DNA of 64,000 bases from Tricharina praecox (lineage: Eukaryota): contig NW_026250414.1 in the NCBI RefSeq assembly GCF_024521635.1, positions 434,001-498,000 on the forward strand, in the 5' to 3' direction. The position numbers and the translations under genes were made by a program. A model generated the notes under the pieces. The model had not been told where the DNA came from, did not search any database, and saw only the letters and a program-made list of their open reading frames with translations. Below, piece by piece: positions 48,970-61,591 of the stretch (the first letter of the stretch is position 1; each line of letters opens with the position of its first letter).

Positions 48970-50377
48970 CGTGTTGTGCTGTGGGGTTTGTGTTGCGGTT
49001 GGTGGTGGTTGCGAGAGGATTGGTGGGGCGATGATGTAGGTGTAGACGAGAGTTCTGGAGATGGCCGGTGGGAGAATTATTTGTGTGTGGGAACCGACTA
49101 ACGCCCAGACGCTAACGTCCGACGACAATCCGCGCTTAGTTAACGCTTCCTCGCTTATCGGATTCGAACTTGCCTGTTCGGCTGGCTGGCTGGCTGGTCT
49201 GCCCGACACCCGTTCATGCCCGACAACCTGTTTTCACTGCTGAGATGCCCAGATAGCTATTTTCATCGGCCAGGTATTGGAATATGAGGCCGGTCAACAA
49301 AGCCAGTCGGACTATTCCTCTGTCTGTCATAACATTCTGCTCTGTCCCGGACTGAAAGATCTTTATGCTACGATGAGATATGCCAGAGTTGTGTTAATGT
49401 TTGTCACCGGCAATAGGATTCCTGGCCAACCGTCCCCGAAGAGCTTTCGGACGACCTCCCGAGTGCGTTCTATCATCCGTGCACGGTTATCTCCCTTAAC
49501 AAAGATTCAATTCGCTAAGGGTAGGTATTGGATCAAAACAGTCATACTACACCTAGGTACTTTCAAACCGGCCTCGAAAGCGAATCAATCAGCCATTCGA
49601 AGAAACATCCTTTTCCTCGTAGTCCTTTTTAGAATTTGCCTCAAGCTGCACAAGTCTGGCATTTACGGGCTCTGCCATTTGCTCGACGACGACCTTCGAT
49701 CATTCATCTATCCATTCAGCCTTCTGACCACATCCGTATCACCATCACTTACCTCTCCACCTTCCAAACATCCTTCCTACTCCATTTACTTCGCCTTCCT
49801 TCGTCCAATCTCTTCTTCCCCCCTTCCATGAGCCACTCTACGGCCATCTTTGAGATACCTTCTCACTAGGCTAACCCGGTGTTTACAAGAAAACACCTAC
49901 TAAAGCAAACCCCCTCACGATATAGGGCTAACCCAAGCTCACGTTGAATGCTAGAGCATTTTGGTATCGTTCACATACCCTTCTGCCATAACACCTACTG
50001 ATACCAAGTCGGTTCTCAGTTGACATTCTTCGTCGTTAACACTCTACTCGTTACCAAGGAATCTTTGCCGTGGGCCGTGAGCGTGTCTGTTTGATTATTG
50101 CGAGTGACGAGTAGTGAGTAGTGGTGATGCTTTCTCGACATAAAATCATTCCATCTCTCACCATCACTCTACTTTTCTTCATCGGGAATCGCTACATATC
50201 GGTGTGTTCACATTTACCTAGAGTCCGCCCCGCTCTCTGTCCAATTCCTGTAACTAGCTGGGTTATAGATACTGTTGGCGGCGAAGTCACGGCGAATTGG
50301 GGACCATTGTGAAGCCTTAGTTGAACCACTGTCTGAAAGCAATTTCGCATTGATATCTCTCCACCCCCCACAGCACC

Positions 50378-50941
50378 TTAAATTTCGATCTCAACAACCA
50401 CCTTAAGCTCCTCTCCCTGGCCCTGGTTTGCCGCCGCCTCAAGCATCGCCTCGTCCACCTGGCTCCCCTCCACCCACCAAACCTGCATCCACGTCCAAGC
50501 CGCCTCAACCCTGTACTTCCCGGGCTGCAGCCTGAACTCCTTCAGCTCATGATCGACGCTGACCTCTCCGCCGGCAGGCACGAAGACCACGTCCTCCTTT
50601 GGCGGCGGGACGAGGCGGTTGATGCGCATGAACGCGGCGTCGACCTCGTCGCCGGAGGCGGCAGCGAACACGCGGAACACGCCGACCGAGGGCGCGAGAG
50701 CGTCGAGTGGACTGTTCCACGGGAGGATCGAGACCGGCGATGTGGTGGGGTTCCGCAGGGTCGTGGTGAGGACCAGCGGCGACGCGGATTTTTGCGTGAT
50801 GCTGATCTGAAGCTCGGAGATGTTGGGTGCTGACATTTTTGCGGGCGCTGGGGTCGTCGTGGGGATGTTGTAGACGACGAATGCGAACAGGAGTGTGGAG
50901 CACACGAGGATCGGGAGGAGGGGGAGGTTGTAGCGGGCCAT
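50378..50941 (-). CDS. Secreted or membrane-anchored protein (187 aa) resembling a stand-alone M35 (deuterolysin) pro-domain-like fold
   Basis: Hydrophobic N-terminus; TLRNPTTSPVSILPWNSPLD...GVFRV...INR..PP..EDVVFVPAGGEVS pattern; no HEXXH catalytic domain. Confidence 0.65.
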   Translation of the reverse strand: MARYNLPLLPILVCSTLLFAFVVYNIPTTTPAPAKMSAPNISELQISITQKSASPLVLTTTLRNPTTSPVSILPWNSPLDALAPSVGVFRVFAAASGDEVDAAFMRINRLVPPPKEDVVFVPAGGEVSVDHELKEFRLQPGKYRVEAAWTWMQVWWVEGSQVDEAMLEAAANQGQGEELKVVVEIEI

Positions 50942-51490
50942 GGTTGGTTTTGTGTGTCGATGTGGTGCAGAGGGGTGGCAAGTAGTGGTGGTGGTGGCGA
51001 TGCGGTGCACTTATATGAAGGGGCAATTATCGTCGAGAGATGTCGCATCCCGGTATTTAAGAAGGTTGGATGCGGCAGGTCGCAGGAGGGTGGCCATCCT
51101 GATACACGACGTAGAATGACCAGCTCCAAGCTCCGTATACTAAGTTGCCTGTAGCTACGCGGCCGGTTCGTACGCTTGAAACAGAGCTCATGAGTCCTCA
51201 CGGCCTCATCCATGTGTATTCCTCGCAATCTGCAATCAAATGGAAGGCTTCATCTCAACCGCGGTCTCAGCCCCGCAAACGAAAACATGGGATATGGAAT
51301 GGTGATAGGGCACCTCCCAAAATGTGAAGCATCATACATCTACCCTCAAATCTTCGGATACCGCCGGTCGATCACCGTTAGACGGCGGGGTGCGGACCTT
51401 CCTATTGCAAGGTACCTAGCCCACCCCTGGTGAGTGGATAAGCACAAGGCTTCATACTTGCATGATAGTCATAGAAAAAAGCTGGTGTGG

Positions 51491-53009
51491 TATAAATGGT
51501 TTCATGGTGTAGTTGGTTATCACATGTGTCTAACACACACAAGGTCCCCAGATCGAGCCTGGGTGAAATCACTCACTTTTATTTGTCGGACGGCAACCAC
51601 TATGCCAGAGGATTCGACTTTGCGCTCGTATTGCAGGTTTCTTTTTGTTTGAGGTCTTGGGGAAATACAATGAGATCAAATAATGTAGTCTGTGCTTTGA
51701 TTAGCTCGTGTATTCATGGCGATAGTCCGGTCGTCCTACGGCCCGGGGCCATCCATCTGGCCATCAACTCAGCGCCCAACTAGCCACGATCTACTAATAT
51801 ATTGATCAGTAAAGAGCAGTGCTCCCGATAGTCCAGTCCAGAGTCCGGACTGCCGCAGTCCATAAAATTGGAGGACGGTTTGAACTCAGTCCGTCCCAAA
51901 AATTTGCCGCCTCGGACTGCAGTCGACTGACAGACTGCCACTTTCTGCAAATTTTGGGTCGAACTAGGTATGTAACTAGTGGGCATCACTCTTTCAACCT
52001 ATCACATGTTCTGTTTTCGTACCATGCCAGCTCTCTATCTCTTACCCCACTGTCGTCTGAATAAAGATATGATGGAGGTTTTCCAGCAAGAATTGCCTCC
52101 ATGCGATTCCATCGACAATGTGGTACAGTAGGTACTCGGCGAATAAATCACATGAACCTCGCTGGAAAGATCTCGCCAGAACGGCCCTCGAGTATTTGAG
52201 CATTCGCACCATAAGAGTGAGCCGGAACGAGTTTTTAGTGGGGCTAAAATCTCTCTCTCATCGTCGCTCCAGCATGGGTGAGGACGCACCGCAGGTCCTG
52301 GAATGTCTCAAAAGCTCGCAACGAGATGGTCTTGTAGCTGCGACAAAGGGCGATATCTAGGAGATGGAAACTATCCTCAATGCACTGTGCGAGAAGCATC
52401 TGCAATAGCTACCGGTATATTATAGACGTGTACAAAAAGTTCATCACTAATTGCAAACATTTTCCATTCAAAGTATGTAGCAGCCCATTCAGTCGACTGC
52501 AGTCCATGCAGTCCATCCAGCCCTAACAATTGCGAAGTGCTCAGTCCAGTCCGACTTTTGCCGAAAGAGGGACTGGAGTCTGGACTGGACTATATATCGG
52601 AGACACTGGTAAAGAGCCAGTAGTGTCAACTCGGTCCCGTCCCTAACTTCAAAAGCATCAGACAGCATTCCGGGCAGCGAAGGCCGAGTCGGTACATGCC
52701 CCAGTCAGGACACCCCATTAGTCGCCCAACCCTACACACGTCATTACGCTCGCTATGTGTGCTAGACGTCGGGAACATCCCGATAGGGCAAAATCATACG
52801 TGCTATTATATAGACGTTGAGAACATTCCGATAGGGCAAGAGAACATGCACTATTAGGCCTATTAGACCTCGAGAACATTCCGGTGGGGCAAAAGAAGGG
52901 CCATCGTGGCAGCAAAAAAACAAAGAAATGATTTCACCCAGGCTCGATCTGGGGACCTTGTGTGTGTTAGACACATGTGATAACCAACTACACCATGAAA
53001 CCATTTATA
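51491..53009. mobile_element. Non-autonomous TIR element with 81-bp perfect inverted repeats that begin/end in TA (possible TA TSD)
   Basis: 51491-51571 (TATAAATGGTTTCATGG...GGGTGAAATCA) is the exact reverse complement of 52929-53009. Confidence 0.8.
51817..52608 (+). mobile_element. hAT transposon deletion derivative (792 bp) retaining a dimerisation-domain remnant
   Basis: Imperfect TIRs CAGTGCTCCCGATAGTCCAGTCCAGA / TCTGGACTGGACTATATATCGGAGACACTG; perfect 8-bp TSD GTAAAGAG at 51809-51816 and 52609-52616; 52118-52360 encodes PRWKDLARTALEYLSI...HRRSSMGED...LECLKS, resembling the hAT C-terminal dimerisation domain. Confidence 0.9.
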
Positions 53010-53495
53010 TTGCCTAAGCGAATCATACGAACCTTGAGGTTGGATCTGCTTGGGCGATGGGACTTGAGTTGGCGAAAAAAATATCGGTGGGAATTGGGCG
53101 TATTCTGCAATATCACGCGCGGTCCGTCCGGTCCAGACTCGACTGGGGCGAAACCCCATCTAGGCAAAGGGAAAGATCTGATGGGTCGGTCTATTGGACT
53201 GAAAGATCGGACTGGCGTCTGGAAGAATTTCCTAGCTGGATGGGTGAAGCACGGGTGATGCTGTATGATCCTTGATGATGGTTTTTTGAGTGGCGACTTG
53301 ACAACAGATCCTGTTTGTTAGAACTTGAATACTTGAATGGAAGCATGAGCTGTGGTAGCTACCGAAGCTTTTACGCCCATTCACACACCCGAGAGTAAGA
53401 CATCGAGAACAGCCTCCTGAAGTGATTAGGGATTAGGGATTACATATAGTCACAGAGACATGGACCGCTAATACCAGGCATGAGTATCATCCACC

Positions 53496-54126
53496 TCACG
53501 CTTCAGCTCCTCCCCTCATAACCGTCACGACAACGCCGATACACGGTGATCCTATCGCACTCCCATCAGCAACTATCCCTAGTCAACATCCACCATTGAG
53601 AACGCACCATAGCCCGTGTGACTCTTCGTCCGAACAAACAGCCCATAACCATGTCCTTTGTCCCGCTCAACACAGAACGCTGTAACCCATCGTATCAGCG
53701 GTCGAGTCTCTTCTACGACTCCTCCTTCCCGGGCAACAAACCCATCTTCGCATCCATAGGTCTCAGCACGGCCATGCCTCTCCCCATCTCCTGACACCTC
53801 AGTTCCATCACAGCCTCCACCGCCAGCCATCGCCGGGCCGTCGAGAACGCCACCTGGTTTGTCGAAGTAAGAAACGCGATCTTCCCGGTGTCCGCGAGCT
53901 TGAGCAGGTGCTGGTCGGTGAGGGTAAACGTCTGTGGACGGTCGTCGAGGACTGCGAGGGGGTGGTGGAGCTCGAGGAGCGCTGAAACTGCAAGGCTGCT
54001 AGGGGGCAGGGACATCAGGTGGGTGCCGTTCAAGGCGTTGATGAGGAGCGTGAATAGGTGCGGGGAGTGGGAGCTGGTAGCGAGCGGGAGGAGGAGCAAG
54101 GTGGTGAACACCCGGTGGAGGATCAT
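53496..54126 (-). CDS. Small secreted protein (170 aa), 3 exons (introns 53680-53741 and 53552-53607)
   Basis: Signal-peptide-like MILHRVFTTLLLLPLATS. Both introns are GT..GCTGAT..AG and splice to 513 nt in frame, ending AFCVERDKGHGYGLFV...GSPCIGVVVTVMRGGAEA*. Confidence 0.65.
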
Positions 54127-54614
54127 TGTAGGTGCATTGATGGCGGGAGGTAGATTTGCCGTGGTCCATGTTATTTTCTTATGTTTGTGCTCGTACGCAA
54201 GGAGGTGATGGCTTCATATGGGAAAGTGCATATTTCGATTCTCTGCGTGTCACGATGGTACATTTGACGTCACTCGGGTAACTAGCTGGAATGGAGGGGT
54301 GCGGGACCCACCGGGTTGAAGGGCGAGAAAGCGGACAGTGGCCGGGCAACGATAAACCGAACCTGCGCACTCGGCACTCCGAAGCTCGCGGTTGTGTCAG
54401 CGGTGAACCTTGCACTACCGGCCCGCCCCTATGTCTGCAGATACCCATGGAACGGCCCGGAATAAGCACTTCCTATAGCACCTCGATATTATTACAATAT
54501 CGTTGCCTATATCCATGCACCATTATCCACAGAACGAAAATAGAGATTCCAGCACATACAACAAGTCTATACAAAAATTCACGGAAGACGTCCAAAGGTC
54601 TTTGGTGAGAGAAA

Positions 54615-56001
54615 TCACGGCCCAAACTCTTCACCCTTCCTATGAATCTGCACTCGTACCTCTGTCTGCTTGTAGATCTGCATATCGCCCATCACTCGCT
54701 GTCCCTCCCTGGTTTCACAACCGCCCTCAATATCGGTAGTAGTCCCCTGGGCAGTAGCGAACTGCTCCGTCGAGGATGAGTACTCGTCGTCCATCTTTGT
54801 TTTGGAAGCCATACTCCCGAGCGGAATCGAGCCGCCGTTCGAACGGGCGACGGCATGGCCGCTATTGCTGAGACCTGTCGTGCGTCGGTTCTTGGAGCTA
54901 CCGGTGTCGGTGAGGATTCCGGGAAGGAATCGGCGGATGAAGGGGCGGAGAGTGGGGAGGCAGCTGCAAATCACCGCTACTTGCACCTCTATATTGGTCC
55001 AGAGGGCGGCGCTGACGAGCCGGTCTGTTGTGAGGTGTTAGCTGGTACATATTAAGTAACCATGGTAATGCGCTTAGATGGTGTAGCTGTCGGGACTTAC
55101 AGGATGGATCGACTTCGAATTTGTCGTCGAGAACTTCGCCGGCTTTAACTGCAAAGATGAGGCGTGAGATGGATGCAATCCAGACACTTCTTAAAGTTAG
55201 TGCCTCCGCAATCTGATCGTACGAAAGGGAATATCTTACAGTCCTCCTGCCAGGAACACGAGGATCAGCGAGATCTTTTGGCCACGGGGCAATCGCACCT
55301 GCCAGATGATCTTCAATGGCGACAGCCACGTAATAAAGTCCATTATGATGTTGATGCCGCCCACGGACTCCTGGAGCAGGACATAATCGATGCAGATTCC
55401 TAACGCTGCATCGCCTTTTGGGTCTGGGCTCAACCAGAACCGTGAAGGGTCCATCTTACAGATAAAGACGTGCGAGAAGAAAGCGGCGATAGTGAACGTG
55501 CCCGACGCGCCGAGGAGTGTCCAGAAGATGACACGCATGCGATGGGTCGGGGCGAGTCGCACGAGCTGTAGGAGAAGTGATGCTCGTGTGAAGCCCAGCG
55601 AGAGGATGTACACGAGATGAACAAAGTAGGCATACTGCGTGAGATGTCAGATTGATGATGACAGTGGAGTTGGGCGAAAATACCTTTAAAACTACCTGAA
55701 AATTGAACGTTCCCACGACCCATATGTGCGAGCCCATACCGTACTCAGCACTGATGCAATTCATCACCGTAAGGCACACCGCCAACACTGCTGCGGCGAC
55801 CGCACAGTAATCGTCCCAACCGACGATCTTCAGCACTTGTATCCGACCCCATAACCGCAATGTTACGACGATGACTACAACCGTCGAAAGGGTAATCCCG
55901 GAGATCGTCAACTGCGATCCGTTACTGTCAGTTGCCAGCCCCAACGCAGCGATCTGCTCGGGGGTCAGTATTCCGCTGCTATTGGCGGATTGAGGTTCCA
56001 T
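54615..56001 (-). CDS. PTH11-like integral membrane receptor (fungal rhodopsin-like family, no CFEM), multi-exon
   Basis: LRLWGRI...GWDDY, YGMGSHIW, SLGFTRASLLLQLVRL, NIIMDFITWLSPL..IWQVRL...KI, IASISRL and EVQVAVICSCLPTLRP are PTH11-family hallmarks. Confidence 0.88.
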
Positions 56002-59000
56002 ATCGTGCAAGCTGCGTTTTTTGTCGCACGCAATGTGGTGCCATGGGCAGGTACATATACGGGCGATCGGTCGACCGAGTCAATCGTCCCAAGTACCGAA
56101 TCATGGGACGATAGCTGTCGCACTGCATACATACCGAACTGCCATGCGCTGTCGAAGCGAGCCTCGGAAGCTGGCGGTGTTGATACAATACTGACTGCCA
56201 TGTAGGCAGGCTGAATGTGTATGTTGCCTGAATTCATGCAGTCTCGTTGTTTCATGTGCTGCAGGTTCCACGTATTGATATAGTACTCGTATTGCTTGGC
56301 TCTCTCCTCTCTATTATTTTCTCTCTGGAAGTCTCGCCCAGGAGGAATGGGTGCTGTCCATATGGCATTTTGAATTTGATGCGTATCGGCCTGAGAGGCA
56401 TCTGGTCCGGTGAGGACCGTTCGTAGACACCTACGCTATCATAGGTCTGTGTCTCTGTTGTATGTATGGGACGTGTTTGCTATCCGTCGCGGCGTAGTTG
56501 CGAGTCATTTTCGTGCGCATCGGCTCCAAGACCGCTTACGCCCTCAGGCTCATTCCACCTTCGCCTATGTAGTTTTCTTTGCTGATGGATCGGGAAGCTA
56601 GGTAGAGCTGCCTGCCTCTATTGAGCTGATTTCGCGATTTTCTGCAAGGAAGGATCCAGCTGTTCTTTTTCTCGCGCCTGCCGAATTGCTGTCGTGTTCG
56701 GCTCTGGAGGGCTGAGGGTATGCTCAAAAAATTGTTTTACCGAGCACTTTAAACCGGATGAAGGTGGGGGATCTACAATTGCCGCTGGTTAGTGTGCAAG
56801 TGGGTGAGTGTGGAGTGGGTTAGGTAGATCGACGACACATGCCATGGAGATCAATGGTGGCAAAAGGTCACAGGGGATAGCCGGATTTGGTCGACAGCGA
56901 GTGACGACTACCGTAAGAGGGTCAGCACTTTCCATCATGAGCCACGCATATAATATGATACCTCTAAACCATTATGTTTAGTCATGTGCTTGCGGGTACA
57001 CTTCCCTCTTTTTCAAAGCATACTTACCATAAGAATGGCCCACAGCGTCGCCCATTTTCTCAAATTTTCCGGTGTATCACGGAGTGTCGTTAATTTTGCC
57101 GGTGAACATTCAAAACCCAAATTTTACCTCCACTATCACTATTCAGGTGAAGAGCAGAAAGTTATCTGGTCTTCACGGGTCTCTAAGTTTAAAGATTTGC
57201 CATGCTCGATACCAGACTGATCTGTGGCTTAGGAAAGTGTCCTAGAGCCTATATAAGAACCCGGATGGACAGCATGCGTTCTTAACGTTTATCATATAAC
57301 GTCCGTCGGCAAACAGTTCGTCCTCTACACCACGACGGGCCCCACAGACAGGGCCACACCTAGGGTAATAGATACACCTGTTATGCAGAGCGACAATTCC
57401 CCGCCCGACCCTGAGTACTTCAACAACAAGTTATCATAACAAACCTACTGCTGTTTCGTCCTGACTTCCCACATGTTCTCCTCCATGGCCAAGTAGAGTA
57501 CATGCCGGTTCGTACGCGCAGCCAGGTTTACTTGCATGTGCGGAGTATCAGCGCGCGCAAGGGTTCCTCACATCAGGCAGCTTCCTTCTTCCTTCGATCT
57601 TGGAGAAGATCTGGGGAAAGCCAGAGCGTGCACGTGTCGATATTACCCGAGCGGATATCCAGGGCTTTGTTTTCGCTCTGAGACGGAGCAGTCACAACAC
57701 ACCGTGGCATGGATCTTGAAACGCGAAGATTCATGTCACCTAAGCATTCTTGGAATAGTAGGAGCATGGGACTCGGAGACCAGACAGGGGGGCAGGGTGG
57801 ATAGGGGAAGCTGTTATGGATGATGTAAAGTAGAGGTTTAACCTGCAATGGCGAGTGATACTGTGTGTACCTTTGACGAATCCCGGCACTTCATCTGTGA
57901 TCGTTTGGCACAATGCATCTCATGTGGTCCCGCGCGCGCAAACGAGCAACTTCCGGTTAAGGAAGTCGATACATATCCTTCGATATCCTTTCTCCCCACA
58001 CTCCTCGCCTCGCCTCCCCCCCACTTCGTCACATATGCATACATCTAACCTTACGGCACCGAGATGCTCTTGGCGATAACTCCTCTCGAGCTTAAACTCT
58101 AATATATGCACTAGTATACCAGACACCGCACTCCATCAACTTTAGCCAGCCAGCCAGCCAGCCAGGCAGTTCCAGCGAAATCTGTCAATGTCGAACTGGG
58201 ACTATGAAACTGTGGGGGTCACTGTCTGGCACCGAATGAAACCCGAGCAGGGTTGTCACTAGGGTGGGCTACAGTCCATACTTACCGGGCCCGGGAAAGC
58301 CGATCGGTCAGTCCGGGCGTGGATACAATACATTATACATGCCCGAAGCCTGTGCCGTCTCGGGGCGAGCATTGGACGGACTGGTACCCGGCGGCGCGGG
58401 AGGGAGGGAGGGGGGGGGACTATTGGGCCCCCGACGGAGACGTCCGCTGGGACGAAGAGTCCGATGCTTCCCGGCTGGAAGGCAGATATGCATACATACC
58501 AAAAACAGACTGACGGAAGGGCACTCGACTTCCATGTGGCAAAAACCATGTTCAAAATGCGGCGACCAAGCAGTCCAATGTCCATGCCAGGCCCAGGCGT
58601 CACTGGACCTCAAACCTTCTGCCCGGTTATGTATGCAGGCACACCCGAACACGACGGGACTATATAATAACGTATGCAATCCAGTCTCGGTCGCAGGGAA
58701 GCCCAAAGGTGGATCCGACACTCCATTGACTGCCCTGAATTTGAAACCCAGGTTTCGTGGTAGCTACGAATACGCCAGAACGTCGCCGTAAAGGCTTGTA
58801 TGCAATTCCCGAGGCTGGGACCGGCCGGGTTTCCGTTTCCCCTGCCTCATAGGTACCTACTATGCGGATCTGCCATTCAAGATCTGATTTGGTCCCTACA
58901 TAGAAGAAGAAAGCTTTGGAAACAAGCTTTGCCAAGAATTTGGTTGGATATCATATGTTCAAAACTCTCCAGTTGCACAGGTTCTCGCTCATGTCTTCGG

Positions 59001-59338
59001 GGTCAATTGAAGATGTTTCCTTTCACACTGTCTTCAAGCTCTCTTAGACTTGCGAAGAAGGTATGTACAATACAAGCTGACCATCCGGCCGAAGCATTCT
59101 CTAACATGAATGTCTCCCACAATTATCACCCACATACCGCATTATCAGGTACCGAAGGCGCTTCACCTGCGAAGGCAGTCATCGATGTACTATTTATCTT
59201 ACATGTATGTAGAAGACATACCCAACAGTCACACATCAACTAACCGAGAAGAAAGCAAAACTACAGTCTACGGAGGAAGAAAGAAGATTACACCTAAACG
59301 CCAGGGAGTCCGGTTGGTAGTGCCAGCAGTGTCGCAGT

Positions 59339-60616
59339 CTACCGCTGACGCCATGTCGGCTTTTCTGGTAGATTGTTCGGCCGGTAGGAGTTCCCGTTCC
59401 TGTTGCCTCCTCCTCCTCCTCCTCCTCCTCCTCCACCACCCCCCCCGCCGCCGCCGCCGCCACTACGGTAAGAGTTGTAGCCTCCACCTCCACCTCCTCC
59501 CTGGTGTGGTCTCGGTCTGGTGAACATCGACTGCTGCGGCCTGCTGTTCCGCGACAACATCCCCTGGTTGTAGGAACTGGAGCCTGGATGCGACGCGATG
59601 CGCGCATCAATGCTCTGCCTGTAGACACCGAACGGCTCAAACAGCGGGACCATGTTTTGGCTTGTCGCCATCCTTCCAAACGCCCTCGCATCCGCATATT
59701 TGGGCAACTTGGTTTCGCGATCGTATTCGGCGAGCGAGAATTCATCATCTGGCGCCACGTACTGGAACGCGAGCATGCCGGAGAAGGAACTGGTTTCACT
59801 AGAACTGGTTTCCTTCCGCCGCATCGATGCGAGCTGGGGACAGTCGTAGCCGTAATGGCCCAGGCCAGCACAGTTATAACAATAGGCGCGGAGTGTGTAT
59901 CGTTCGGCCGGTGTCTCGCGACGCGCTTCGGATCGCCAGTCGTACGGCTGTGAGGGAGATGGGCTGGTGCTAGGACAGGCGTTCGAGAAGTGTTTATTGT
60001 ACTCGCCACAGTGTTTGCACTAGGGTTGTCAGCCTACGATCCAGAGGGCAGAAATAGTGATGGGACAACATACAGTCAACTCAGGACACGCTTTGCCCGT
60101 GTGTCCCGGTTCGCTGCAAACTGTGCACAGCCTCTCACCGCTCAGCGCAACAATCGGTTTAACCGTGGGCAGGATCCGAAGCTCACGCTCAGCCGTGTCG
60201 AACATTGGGCGGTCCTCCTCTCTGGTCATCAGCGGCAGCTTGTACGGGCGAAAGTATTTTCGCTGGAACTCGTCCTCGATGAGGTTGGGCACCGGTGTTT
60301 CCTCCGCTTCCCCCTCCTCGACATCGCCGCTGCTATCCTCGTCGCCGTCGCCAACGACCGCGGCAGCACCTGCAGCTGCTGCGGTCGTGGCTGCCGAACG
60401 CGCAGCTTTTCGCTCTTTGTTCTTAACTCTTTTGCGCTGTTTCTTCGCTGCTACGCGAGCGGCATCGGCGTCATCGAGCGCGGGAGTGGTCGTCACCTCA
60501 CCCTCCTCGTTGCCTGGAGGAGAGTCGGGGCGTGGTCGCTTTTTCCTGGCCATGGAGGTGTTGGTCGTGTCGCTGTCGCTGTAGTTGACAAGATTCGCAG
60601 GCGTTCCGTCCGACAT
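59339..60616 (-). CDS. Air1/Air2-like zinc-knuckle protein (TRAMP subunit-like); intron 60020-60073
   Basis: Q.KYF motif; knuckles CTVCSEPGHTGKAC, CKHCGEYNKHFSNAC and CYNCAGLGHYGYDC, followed by SSFS and a Gly-rich tail. Confidence 0.72.
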
Positions 60617-61591
60617 GACTACTACGCTCGATTCCGCCAAGCCTAGCGTTGGGAATGTTTAGGAGTAGGGTTTGAGTTTCGTGGAGTCTTTGACTTGCGT
60701 GTTGAGAGTTGGAGCGGCTGATAAGGGATGGAGGTCAAATTTTTTTTCTTCAAGGTTTGAATTCCTGTGGGGCGAGACCTTCACTCTACTGTCCTCCACG
60801 AGCGTCTTTGAATTGATGCATCATCCATCGACCCGCCCCCATGGTGAATGCTGCTGCACACACGTACGTAGAGTATTTGCCATCACATCAGGTCCCATCC
60901 ATCGTACTCGAATAACGCGACTCTGGCTTGCTTTCTTGCTTGTTCCCGCTGTTCCCGCTTTGCTGCAGCTGGAGGAGGCTCTTCTCTTTCTCTTCCGTCT
61001 CTTCCCCTCCACCCCTTTTGTCCATTTACCCGGACCTCGTCGAAGCCCCTTGTTACCTGGCAACGTGACCGATCTCTGCAACCCCCATGAGTAGAGTAGC
61101 TCTCCAAACGAACAAGAGAACCAAACATCATCACCCACACTCCACTGCTTCCCACACACCCCCACCCGAGAAGGACCCCGAACATTCAAGCCAAACAACC
61201 CCTTGCAGAGCACCTTCACCAAACCTCTCCGCCTCCCCTTCTCTTCACAGTCTTTCTTTCAAGCCCGTCGCTGTTCCGCTCACTCACTTGCTCATCCCTT
61301 GATTCTTCCGGCCCGGACAGGCAACCCCCCGTCTACCGTTTAGCTCCCTCATCTCGGATCTGCACCCATCGAACACGCACGCATCGAACACCGTTACAAC
61401 CGTAGTTCCTGTACATCTGTCAAAAAACCCATCCCCCACGATATTCCATCCGCCCACAACCAGCGAAACAACAATCCCTCTCACGCCCCCACGTCCACGT
61501 TTCGATCAACATAACAAGCTTTCAGCGCCCCCCACCGCAGCCGTTCAAAATTCCTTCCCTTCTCATCCCCCGCACCGTCCCTACCGGCAAC

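Noticed and set aside
52763-52894. CRISPR-like repeat-spacer appearance
   Set aside because: Only three degenerate repeats with short, unequal spacers, in a eukaryotic context with no cas genes, and inside a TIR element.
58250-58860. GGAC/CCGG-rich patches (also about 53120-53220 and about 63700-63850) resembling hAT subterminal repeats
   Set aside because: No paired TIRs or TSD could be delimited.
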